Shown: positions 56,006-64,000 of the stretch, one piece after another
Layout of the letters: each line of letters begins with the position of its first letter
How positions within the stretch are numbered: the first letter of the stretch is position 1
Virus record (IMG/VR): IMGVR_UViG_3300045988_145635
Length of the DNA: 64,000 nt
Origin: a virus
Lineage: Duplodnaviria > Heunggongvirae > Uroviricota > Caudoviricetes
Reading direction: 5' to 3' (one strand)
The notes under the pieces: generated by a model
What the model was told of the DNA's origin: nothing
The model's input: only the letters and a program-made list of their open reading frames with translations
The model's database searches: none
Position numbers and translations under genes: made by a program

Positions 56006-56275
56006 GTGTCGCCATTAGAGCTACTGAACGTTCCTCTCACGATGTTCTGGATGCTCAGTCGCAATATAGACCGTCTGCGTGCGGAAGAGGATGTCCGCAA
56101 CTTACAAGTCGCTCGTGCGTCCCAGGCGGATGGCGAGGCTGTGAAGGCGTTCATGGAGGGTTTGCAACTCAGGATTGGAAGACCAGTCGTAACAGATAAA
56201 GTCTACGATCCAAGCCAGGATAAGGCAGACCCTGACGCCAAAGAGCAACTGATGCAAATATTTGGCAGAGGATGA
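56006..56275 (+). CDS. tail assembly chaperone T-like segment (possibly made as a frameshift fusion)
   Basis: The -1 frame is open from 55889 through 56275 and overlaps the end of the G-like ORF; A-rich candidate slip region GAAAAAG at about 55896-55902. Confidence 0.35.
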   Translation: MSPLELLNVPLTMFWMLSRNIDRLRAEEDVRNLQVARASQADGEAVKAFMEGLQLRIGRPVVTDKVYDPSQDKADPDAKEQLMQIFGRG

Positions 56276-59200
56276 CAAGGGAATGTCACAAAACGTAGAG
56301 TTTATCCTGTCGCTGGAAGACAAACAGTTTACAGCGTCAATCGATCGTGCGGGGAAACTGCTTACTCGATTTGGTGAGCAGGTAACAAAGCCTGCTCAAA
56401 AAATCCAAACCTTTGAACGCTCTTTGGGTTCGGTCGCCCGTATCATTGGCGTTCTGGAAAGCAAGCTCGATTCTACGGCAGATAAACTACAGGATGTAGC
56501 TGCCGGTTTTGAGCTTGCTTCAGATGCTACGCGTAAAATGCGTGGCAACATCACCAGCCTCAATTCTGGTCTTAAAGCCCTGATTGAGCGCGTCGATACG
56601 ACAACTTCTTCAGTAGATAAACTCACCGCGTCATTACGTAAAGTGCAATCAGAGCTAAATGATTTCTCTGATTGGGCGACCTATGCAAGCAAAAGCGCAA
56701 GCCGCTTTGGTACGGAGGTCAAAGAAGCCTCTGTGTCCGTGAGTGGCATGAATACGCGCCTTAATACCACGACGAAGCGACTCAGTAATTGGGGTGTCAC
56801 AACGAGTCAGGCTGCCGAGGGACTGAAAAAGGTTCGTGAGCAGATGGACGAAGTTATCGGACGTCAGCAACTGATTAGCAAGCCGGTACGCGTTCGTACA
56901 TCTGGAAGTGGCGATGGTGGTAGCGGGCGGCGTAGCGGCGCTTCTGGCCATAGCGGTAAAAGTAACGAAGGAGGTATGTTCTCTGGCCTTCGTGGCAACA
57001 TTTTCCTGCTTGGCGAGATCGGAGATGCAGCCAGAACGGTTACTGACATCATGTTTGGGTGGCAGAAGCCTATTGTTGAAGCTGCGGCCGAAATGGAACG
57101 TATGCGGGTGATGCTTCGAGGGTTGAATAAGGAGAAGTCCAACCCGGGCCAGGCTGCCGCTGATGATATGAAGTACATCGTAGACATGGCTCAAAATGCG
57201 CCGTTCGCGATGCAGGCGTTAACAGACTCCTTCGTGAAGTTTCGTTCTGCTGGCTTAGATCCAACCGATGGTTCTCTGAAGGCGCTGGTGGACTCCGTTG
57301 CTCGTTTTGGTGGTGATAGTGAGCTGTTGAAACGTGCGGCTGTGGCCGTTCAGCAGATGTCCGGTAAGGGCGTTGTGTCAATGGAAGAGCTACGTCAGCA
57401 ATTAGGTGAAGCCGTTCCTAACGCGATGCAGGCAATGGCAGACGCCGCAGGCATCACTATGGGGGAACTGACTAAAGCCGTTGCCAGCGGTACGGTTGAG
57501 GCAAAACAGGCGTTGTCTCTGATGTTTGTTGGTCTGCGTGCGGAGAATGAGAACGCAGCGAAAGACATGATGCAAACCTACACAGGTGCGCTGGCGCAAC
57601 TTCAGACGTCATTCACGTTATTTGCTGATCGGGTTGGTCAGGCCGGATATCTGGATTCTCTATCGAAGGGGATGAAAGAACTGGCTTCAATCATGAATAG
57701 CGCCGAAGGGATTTCGTTTGCCAATTCTTTAGGTTCGGGGTTAACAACGGCAATCGATGGGTTGCGTCAGCTTGCTCAATGGTTAGCAAAGAACCAAGAG
57801 CTGGTAATTAATCTCGGTAAGGTCGTGGCCGCGATGGTTGCGTTCAAACTGATGCGAGCAGGGATCATGGGGGTAGTTGGCGCTGGGAGCCAGATGGTTA
57901 GCACCTTTGCCACTATGGCGACCGCCATACAGACTCCATTTAACCTCGGCGCTACAGCAGTAACTCGATTCAATCGTGCGGCACGTATGGGGCTGGCTCC
58001 GATCCCCTCTCTTATTTTCGCCATCCGTGGGGCGATTACGGGGCTTAAAGGCGCTTTTGCTGGCTTGACTGCGTTTATTGCGGCGAATCCGATAGGTTTT
58101 GTTTTCACTGCTGCAATGACCGCTGTTGCTGGCTTAATCACGTATATGACCATGCTTCGTAGCGAAACTTCAAAGGTCGTTGACGAGATTAGGAAAATAC
58201 CAGAAGCGATGACGGCGGCCAAACGTGCACAGATGGCGGAGTATAAAGCGCGTCTCGAGCAACAAATCACGCAAAAGGAACAACAGTTAAAATCTGGCGA
58301 AAAGGTGGTTTATGGGCCGGGTATGGCCGGAACCACAGTAAAGATTGATCAGGATGAACGGAAGCGAATAGAAACTGGGCTAAATGATCTTCGTAAGGAA
58401 CTCGATAAAACTACTGGGGCTATTGAACGTGGAGACACAGCTGTTGCAAAACGTCTTGCAAAAGATGCGGCAGAATCACAGATAGAGAAAATACTCGAAG
58501 AGAATAAAGACTTTGCGGCAACATTCGTTAAATCTCGTCAGGAGGCTCTGGAGAAGATTCAGAAAATCAAGGATGACGGTTCACTTTCAGATGACGAAAA
58601 GAACAAGCTATTGGCACCGTTACGTGAAACGGTAAACAAAAGCTATCTGAAACCAGCGCAAGAATTGGTTGATTCACTTTCTTCTCGTAAGAATGCTGTC
58701 GAGGGGCAAATAGCCACTCTTAATGATCAGCTTGAAAAAGCGAAAAAGGAAGGAAACACCGAGCAGATCAAGAAACTGCAAGGCAGTATTCGTGGTTATC
58801 AGGAGAATTTGGAAGTCGTCGCTCAGGAACTGACTCAGGCAGAGTTTAAGAGGGATAACGCGGCCAAAAGTGGTAATGGCTTAATGTCAGTCAATGGAGA
58901 TGTTCTTGGGTTAGGTACAACTGATAAAGCTGCTCAGAAGGCGCTGGCGCAATATATGCGAAACCAGATGGATTCTGCGACTTATCAACGTACTTTGCCT
59001 GACGGCACTCCGATGATGGACTTCGAAGGTAAGCCGATTATTGGGCCTAAACAACTCAAGACGCAGCTTAATTTGCAGAAAGCATCCAGTGCCAGCTCTC
59101 TGGAGAAAATGAGCGATGAAGAGCGTGCCGCAGCCATTGCCGCACTGACTAAAGCTCGTGAACAGGATGCAGCAGCAGCCGAGAAAGCAGCCCAACGATC

Positions 59201-60860
59201 AGCTAACGCCTCGCAGCGTGCGGCCAAGAAGGAACAGGCAGCGCAACAGAAACTGGCAGCCGGATACCAGAAGGCTCTGGACAAAGCCGATCAGCTTATG
59301 GGGCAAATGGGTGAAAGCTCTAAGGCTACGGTATCGTTTGATCAGTCTCTTCGCGATACAACGAAATCGCTGACAGATTTGGCTAATGCGGTTCCTAACG
59401 AGTTCATCACTCAAGAGATGATCGACAAGGCGAAAAAACGTCTTGAAGACCTCAAAAATGCGACACCTGAATATCGCGAGATGTTTAATCGCCGCAATGT
59501 TGAGCAGATGATCTCCACTTGGGCACCGGAGGCGGATTCCATTATTAGTGCTGGCTATACGCCGTCTCGCGAAGAGAAAGTTGCTGATTTCGAAGACACC
59601 TACAACCGCAATCTCAAAGCGTTGATAGAACTTCGTGATAAGGCGTCTGATCCTAAAGTCGTGGCGCTTTATACAAAGAAAATCAATCAACTTATTGCTG
59701 CTGGCAATACCGCGCTCATTAAAGAGACAGGGACTGCGACGCAGAAGTTGGCACTGGAATACGAAAACCTGGCAGAGCAGATCGAAAGCACCTGGACTGA
59801 TTTGTTTAGTGGCTTAACGGATGTCCTGACTGATTTCGTTATTAACGGGAAGATGAGCTTCTCCAGCCTGTCTCAGTCCATTTTGAAAGATATCACCAAT
59901 ATGGTCGTGAAGTCGCAGATCACGCTGCCTCTAATGAACATGTTGGGGATGGGAACCACCGCAGCTGGTAGTTCACAGAGTGGTAATTTGCTCACCGGGG
60001 TTGCTTCCGCCGTTGCCAATCAAGGGGTACGAATGGGCAACACTGTTAACGGCGACAAGTCGGTAGGAGAAGCCACGAAGGAGACGTCCAGTTCGGTAAC
60101 TGGATTGGGGCAAACGACACAGCAGACCACCAGCGCAATTGGCACAGCAACAAATGCGATTGGTAGCTGGGTATCAGGGCTATTTGATAGCACCGAAGCC
60201 AAAGATGCTGAGACAAAAGCAGTGAAGGATTCCATCTTCTCGATGCAGAACCTCAGCTCTGTTACCGGCGCTCTGTCTGCCGCGTTTGCAATGCTTGGAG
60301 CTAATGCTTCCGGCTCTGGTAATAAGTGGTTGAATTTCGGCGCGACAGTTGCATCTGGTTTGGTTTCAGTATGGGCTGGTGGTGGATTCGATGGATTGAT
60401 GTCCGGTTCTTCTGGCTCAACTTCCGGGTTCAACAATCTGACCAGTTCTGCTGCCGATGGCACGAATGGTATTCCTGCAATTCCGAAGTTTGCAAATGGT
60501 GGCATATTCGGAAAAGACGGCGTGATCCCGCTCCGGGCATACCAGAAAGGCGGTATCGCCAACTCACCTCAATTGGCGTTGTTTGGGGAAGGCGATATGA
60601 ATGAGGCGTATGTTCCATTGCCTGATGGTCGAACAATCCCTGTAACGCTCAGTACCGATGGTATGAGTGGAGGAGGAAATGTTCTTTCTCCTGTATCAAT
60701 TGAGATCAACGTCCATAGTGACGGTAGCACAACTGAATCCGGCGATACAGAAAGCATATGGAACAATGCCGCTCAACGGATGAAAGCAATCGCGCTTGAG
60801 ACTATCGCTCAAGAGAAACGCCCTGGCGGATCACTCAACCCAAACACTCAACGTAACTAA
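56262..60860 (+). CDS. tail tape measure protein
   Basis: 1532-aa protein with long coiled-coil regions, Gly/Ala-rich hydrophobic segments and its position in the tail module. Confidence 0.9.
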   Translation: MAEDDKGMSQNVEFILSLEDKQFTASIDRAGKLLTRFGEQVTKPAQKIQTFERSLGSVARIIGVLESKLDSTADKLQDVAAGFELASDATRKMRGNITSLNSGLKALIERVDTTTSSVDKLTASLRKVQSELNDFSDWATYASKSASRFGTEVKEASVSVSGMNTRLNTTTKRLSNWGVTTSQAAEGLKKVREQMDEVIGRQQLISKPVRVRTSGSGDGGSGRRSGASGHSGKSNEGGMFSGLRGNIFLLGEIGDAARTVTDIMFGWQKPIVEAAAEMERMRVMLRGLNKEKSNPGQAAADDMKYIVDMAQNAPFAMQALTDSFVKFRSAGLDPTDGSLKALVDSVARFGGDSELLKRAAVAVQQMSGKGVVSMEELRQQLGEAVPNAMQAMADAAGITMGELTKAVASGTVEAKQALSLMFVGLRAENENAAKDMMQTYTGALAQLQTSFTLFADRVGQAGYLDSLSKGMKELASIMNSAEGISFANSLGSGLTTAIDGLRQLAQWLAKNQELVINLGKVVAAMVAFKLMRAGIMGVVGAGSQMVSTFATMATAIQTPFNLGATAVTRFNRAARMGLAPIPSLIFAIRGAITGLKGAFAGLTAFIAANPIGFVFTAAMTAVAGLITYMTMLRSETSKVVDEIRKIPEAMTAAKRAQMAEYKARLEQQITQKEQQLKSGEKVVYGPGMAGTTVKIDQDERKRIETGLNDLRKELDKTTGAIERGDTAVAKRLAKDAAESQIEKILEENKDFAATFVKSRQEALEKIQKIKDDGSLSDDEKNKLLAPLRETVNKSYLKPAQELVDSLSSRKNAVEGQIATLNDQLEKAKKEGNTEQIKKLQGSIRGYQENLEVVAQELTQAEFKRDNAAKSGNGLMSVNGDVLGLGTTDKAAQKALAQYMRNQMDSATYQRTLPDGTPMMDFEGKPIIGPKQLKTQLNLQKASSASSLEKMSDEERAAAIAALTKAREQDAAAAEKAAQRSANASQRAAKKEQAAQQKLAAGYQKALDKADQLMGQMGESSKATVSFDQSLRDTTKSLTDLANAVPNEFITQEMIDKAKKRLEDLKNATPEYREMFNRRNVEQMISTWAPEADSIISAGYTPSREEKVADFEDTYNRNLKALIELRDKASDPKVVALYTKKINQLIAAGNTALIKETGTATQKLALEYENLAEQIESTWTDLFSGLTDVLTDFVINGKMSFSSLSQSILKDITNMVVKSQITLPLMNMLGMGTTAAGSSQSGNLLTGVASAVANQGVRMGNTVNGDKSVGEATKETSSSVTGLGQTTQQTTSAIGTATNAIGSWVSGLFDSTEAKDAETKAVKDSIFSMQNLSSVTGALSAAFAMLGANASGSGNKWLNFGATVASGLVSVWAGGGFDGLMSGSSGSTSGFNNLTSSAADGTNGIPAIPKFANGGIFGKDGVIPLRAYQKGGIANSPQLALFGEGDMNEAYVPLPDGRTIPVTLSTDGMSGGGNVLSPVSIEINVHSDGSTTESGDTESIWNNAAQRMKAIALETIAQEKRPGGSLNPNTQRN

Positions 60861-60902
60861 CTATCGACTGCCCCCGACGGGGCAGTCTTACAAGGATGTG
60901 AG

Positions 60903-61238
60903 ATGGAAAGACAGACGTTTAATTGGTATCCAGATTACGAATCTGAGAAAAGCGTAAAACCGAATGTAACGGTACTTAATTTTGGTGATGACTACGAGCA
61001 ACGACAGGCTCAAGGTCTTAATCGTATTAAAGAAGAATGGTCGCTAACCTTTACCAGACCATACAACGAAATTAATGCAATCGATGACTTCCTGACTGAG
61101 CGAGCAGGCGTTGAGTCGTTCTATTGGGTTAATCCAAGAGGAAAACGGATTGTAGTTGTATGTGACAGTCATACGGTCAAGCGATATCAGGGGTACTGTG
61201 TCTTAACTGCTACATTCAGACAAGTATTTGAGGCTTAA
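60903..61238 (+). CDS. minor tail protein (lambda M-like)
   Basis: 111-aa ORF immediately after the tape measure gene. Confidence 0.55.
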   Translation: MERQTFNWYPDYESEKSVKPNVTVLNFGDDYEQRQAQGLNRIKEEWSLTFTRPYNEINAIDDFLTERAGVESFYWVNPRGKRIVVVCDSHTVKRYQGYCVLTATFRQVFEA

Positions 61239-61244
61239 GTATCT

Positions 61245-61270
61245 GGATAAGTAAGTACTAATTTACTATC
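61245..61270. promoter_or_regulatory. class B palindrome-like motif
   Basis: GGATAAGTAAGTACTAATTTACTATC followed by a GGCGCT/AGCGCC hairpin. Confidence 0.35.
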
Positions 61271-61320
61271 ATTGTGGCGCTGACAGGATGTTAGCGCCTA
61301 CTTATTTCAAGGATGAAACA

Positions 61321-62019
61321 ATGGGAATTAAAGCTGATATTCAGAGCTTATCTCCCTCTGCACTCATTGAGTTGTTCGTACTGGATATGTCGAACACAAC
61401 TTCAGGGGGGAAGCTATTCTTCCACGCCGGAACAAACGAACTGATGCAACCGGTCGTCTGGCAAGGAGTGACATACGAGCCGTGGCCAATCAAAGCATCA
61501 GGCTTTGACAAAACTGGCCAGGGAACGTTGCCACGTCCAAAAATTCAGGTATCGAACTTTGCCGGAACTGTCTCTGCGGAAGTTCAGGCAAACGACGATC
61601 TTGTTGGCTGCCGCATTATTCGCAAGATGACACTGGCTCGCTTCCTCGATGCCGTTAATTTTAAAGACGGCAACCCAACAGCAGATCCAAACCAACATTT
61701 CCCGGATGAAATGTGGTTTATCGAACAGAAAACTCTCGAAACTCATCAGGTTGTCGAGTTTGAATTGTCCAGTGTGTTCGATTTGATGGGGGTGCAACTG
61801 CCGTATCGTCAGATCATTAAAAACACCTGCCCGTGGAAATACCGAGGGCCAGAATGCGGCTATACCGGTCCATATATCGACAAAAATAACCAGCAGACGT
61901 CTATGTCTGGTGCGGATTACTGCACAAAACGTTATGACGCCTGTAATGCGCGTCGGAATTATTTTGTCGACGGTGTGATCCATTTTGGCGGATTTATTGG
62001 AGCTACGCGGTATGGGTAA
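61321..62019 (+). CDS. minor tail protein (lambda L-like)
   Basis: RFLDAVNF ... NTCPWKYRGPECGYTGP block matching the recalled lambda gpL cysteine region; start set to ATG 61321 after AGGATGA. Confidence 0.8.
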   Translation: MGIKADIQSLSPSALIELFVLDMSNTTSGGKLFFHAGTNELMQPVVWQGVTYEPWPIKASGFDKTGQGTLPRPKIQVSNFAGTVSAEVQANDDLVGCRIIRKMTLARFLDAVNFKDGNPTADPNQHFPDEMWFIEQKTLETHQVVEFELSSVFDLMGVQLPYRQIIKNTCPWKYRGPECGYTGPYIDKNNQQTSMSGADYCTKRYDACNARRNYFVDGVIHFGGFIGATRYG

Positions 62020-62809
62020 TAAAGCAATCCCTGAGCTTGGCTCTGACGTTATGCAGCAAATCTATCTCTGCGCCATAAATCGCTACCCTAATGAAGCGTG
62101 TGGCTTTCTGGTTAGAACTAATGGCGACAAATATCGCTTTATGGAAGCGCGGAATGTTTCAGAGAACCCGCAGAACACTTTTGTAATGCACGTTGACGAC
62201 ATTATGGCGGCAGAGGATGCAGGTGACGTAATCGCAATCTGGCATTCACATACTGATGAATCAGCAGAAGCATCTGATGCCGATCGTGCAGGCTGTGAAG
62301 CGACGGAAGTTCCGTGGATGATTCTGGCTATTCGCAAGAATGTTGAGGGAGATGCCCCTTTCCATTTTAGCGAGATGAATGTGATCACACCTGATGGTTT
62401 CGAAATGCCATACCTGGGCAGACCGTATGTATTTGGCGTATTCGATTGCTGGATGTTGTGTCGGGACTATTTGAAGCGTGAGTTTAACGTCGAACTAAAC
62501 CCGAACGCACACCTGCATATTCCATCGTGGTACACCGGCGATAACGACATTCTCGACCAGAACTACCGAAACGAAGGATTGGTACGGCTTGCGCCCGGAA
62601 CAGAACCTCAACGTGGGGACGTCTTCTTTATCCAATACGGAAAAATGCCTGACCACTGTGCGGTTTATATCGGCGATGGAATGATTCTTCATCACCAGAT
62701 CGACCGTCTTAGTTGTCGTGCTTATTACGGCGGGATGTATCAGAAACATACGACGCATCACTTGCGTCACAGAGACTTGCTCAAGGGAGATGAGACGTGT
62801 CTGAGTTAG
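62012..62809 (+). CDS. tail assembly protein (lambda K-like, JAB/MPN plus NlpC/P60-type)
   Basis: HSHT-x8-SDAD metalloprotease-type motif followed by a Cys/His-containing C-terminal half; start overlaps the L-like stop. Confidence 0.7.
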   Translation: MGNKAIPELGSDVMQQIYLCAINRYPNEACGFLVRTNGDKYRFMEARNVSENPQNTFVMHVDDIMAAEDAGDVIAIWHSHTDESAEASDADRAGCEATEVPWMILAIRKNVEGDAPFHFSEMNVITPDGFEMPYLGRPYVFGVFDCWMLCRDYLKREFNVELNPNAHLHIPSWYTGDNDILDQNYRNEGLVRLAPGTEPQRGDVFFIQYGKMPDHCAVYIGDGMILHHQIDRLSCRAYYGGMYQKHTTHHLRHRDLLKGDETCLS

Positions 62810-63390
62810 TTCATGTGCAGCTTGGCGGCCCTATGGCCAAACATTTTGGCCGCCACTGGCATCTAAAGGTGCGCAATACAAAACAGGCTCTGGATTTAAT
62901 TGAGGCCAACAAGCCTGGGTTTAAAGCATGGATGAAGCGCAATATCAAAACCTATGACCGTTACCACATCCAGATCACCAATAAACAGGGCCACAAGTGG
63001 TCTGTGGACGAGAGTGAATATCAGATGATGGGGCAGTCTGACAACATTGCAAAAATCCGCATTACCCCTGTTCCGCGAGGGAGCGGCGGATCTGCTTTTG
63101 GGTGGTTTCAGACGGTAGTAGGCGCCGCTTTGTTGGTTGTATCGGCGGTAATGATGCCTGCTTTAGCACCTCTCGGTTTGTCACTGATGATGGGTGGTAT
63201 ATCACAAATCATATCGCCGCAAGCCACTAACGAAAGTGTGAGGCAAGCGGATAATTCGAACTCATATTATTTCGACGGCCCTCAAAATACAGAAAACCAG
63301 GGAAACCCAGTACAACTTATCTACGGCGAGGAAATTCTGGTTGGCTCACAGGTTGTGAGTTCTTCAATCACGATTGACCAGCTAATGTAA
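62797..63390 (+). CDS. tail assembly protein (lambda I-like)
   Basis: 197-aa protein with C-terminal hydrophobic stretch; position between the K-like and J-like genes. Confidence 0.55.
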   Translation: MSELVHVQLGGPMAKHFGRHWHLKVRNTKQALDLIEANKPGFKAWMKRNIKTYDRYHIQITNKQGHKWSVDESEYQMMGQSDNIAKIRITPVPRGSGGSAFGWFQTVVGAALLVVSAVMMPALAPLGLSLMMGGISQIISPQATNESVRQADNSNSYYFDGPQNTENQGNPVQLIYGEEILVGSQVVSSSITIDQLM

Positions 63391-63408
63391 ACAAGGATTT
63401 TTTTGAAC

Positions 63409-64000
63409 ATGGAACAGTTCAAGAAGAAAAAGTTACCGCTGTTTATTGCAGGTGCGGGTGGTAAAAAAAGCAGCAAAAGCTCCAGCCGTACACCGGTTGA
63501 AGCCGACGATACCGTAAATTCTCGTGCAATGGCCGCTATCCTCGATCTTCTTGGGGAAGGGGTAATTGGCGGCTTAGTAAATGGCGCAAGATCTATTTTT
63601 ATCGACGATCTGCCGATTGTAAATGAAGACGGTTCCTCCAACTTCAGCGGAATCACATGGGATTTTCGCGACGGTTCACAAGACCAGACTCCAATGTCTG
63701 GCTTTGATTTCGTTGAAACGCCTAAATCCGTCAATATCCAGTTAAAAAAAACACATTATGTAACGGTTTCAATCGATAACGATGAAGCTGATCGGGTTCG
63801 TGTCATCATGAAGTTTCCTTCTTTGCGAAGCATAGATAAAAAAACTGGTGACACGAACGGTACGACTGTTGAGTACAAGTTCCAGATAGCAAATGGCGAC
63901 TCAACATTTGTAGATGTGGTCGCTGAAGGTGAAAAAAGCGTTGGCATTAAGCTAACAGCAAAGAAGACCGGCGTTTATTACCGTAGCTATGAGCTGAAGC
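63409..64000 (+). CDS. host specificity / central tail fibre protein (lambda J-like), N-terminal part; continues past window end
   Basis: Open frame from ATG 63409 to the window end; N-terminal segment LDLLGEGVIGGLVNG ... GSQDQTPMSGFDF parallels the recalled lambda gpJ N-terminus. Confidence 0.75.
   Translation, partial: MEQFKKKKLPLFIAGAGGKKSSKSSSRTPVEADDTVNSRAMAAILDLLGEGVIGGLVNGARSIFIDDLPIVNEDGSSNFSGITWDFRDGSQDQTPMSGFDFVETPKSVNIQLKKTHYVTVSIDNDEADRVRVIMKFPSLRSIDKKTGDTNGTTVEYKFQIANGDSTFVDVVAEGEKSVGIKLTAKKTGVYYRSYELK

Noticed and set aside
1-64000. Integrated prophage with integrase and attachment sites
   Set aside because: No integrase, excisionase, repressor pair or att-like direct repeats seen; gene content (nrdAB, thyA, DHFR, rnhA) is typical of virulent phages.

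Overview
The window is almost entirely phage DNA from a large, virulent-type siphovirus with a lambda-like tail module; I cannot name the phage from sequence alone. An Escherichia-type host block (mrp/apbC and metG, with a LexA-box-regulated UmuD'-like gene beside it) sits inside the phage DNA at about 26.3-30.15 kb. Layout: (1) 0-25.6 kb, + strand: recombination and nucleotide-metabolism genes (SbcD/SbcC-like, RuvC-like, nrdA, nrdB, thyA-like with insertion, DHFR, P-loop kinase, DnaQ-like exonuclease, two N6-adenine methyltransferases, RNase HI, an HD-domain (p)ppGpp-hydrolase-like protein) plus many small unknown genes. (2) 26.3-30.15 kb: the host-like block. (3) 30.2-36.1 kb: small + strand genes, each preceded by a recurring AAAACAA-N-TTGTTT palindromic motif, interleaved with unusual non-coding DNA (an ~0.9 kb A+C-rich ORF-free tract, iteron-like GGGAAACGGC repeats, palindrome clusters). 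(4) 36.1-42.4 kb: an AT-rich minus-strand accessory island (SF2 helicase, lipoprotein, two paralogous secreted Cys-proteins, several unknowns). (5) 42.4-64 kb: two ParB-like proteins, an ABC-ATPase-like protein and a possible GNAT-like protein, then the morphogenesis module (TerS, TerL, portal, scaffold, major capsid, Ig-like decoration, major tail, G/T chaperones, 1532-aa tape measure, lambda M/L/K/I/J-like). No tRNA, rRNA, CRISPR array, integrase or transposase was recognised. All functional calls rest on motifs read by eye and recalled family knowledge; no database search was run.
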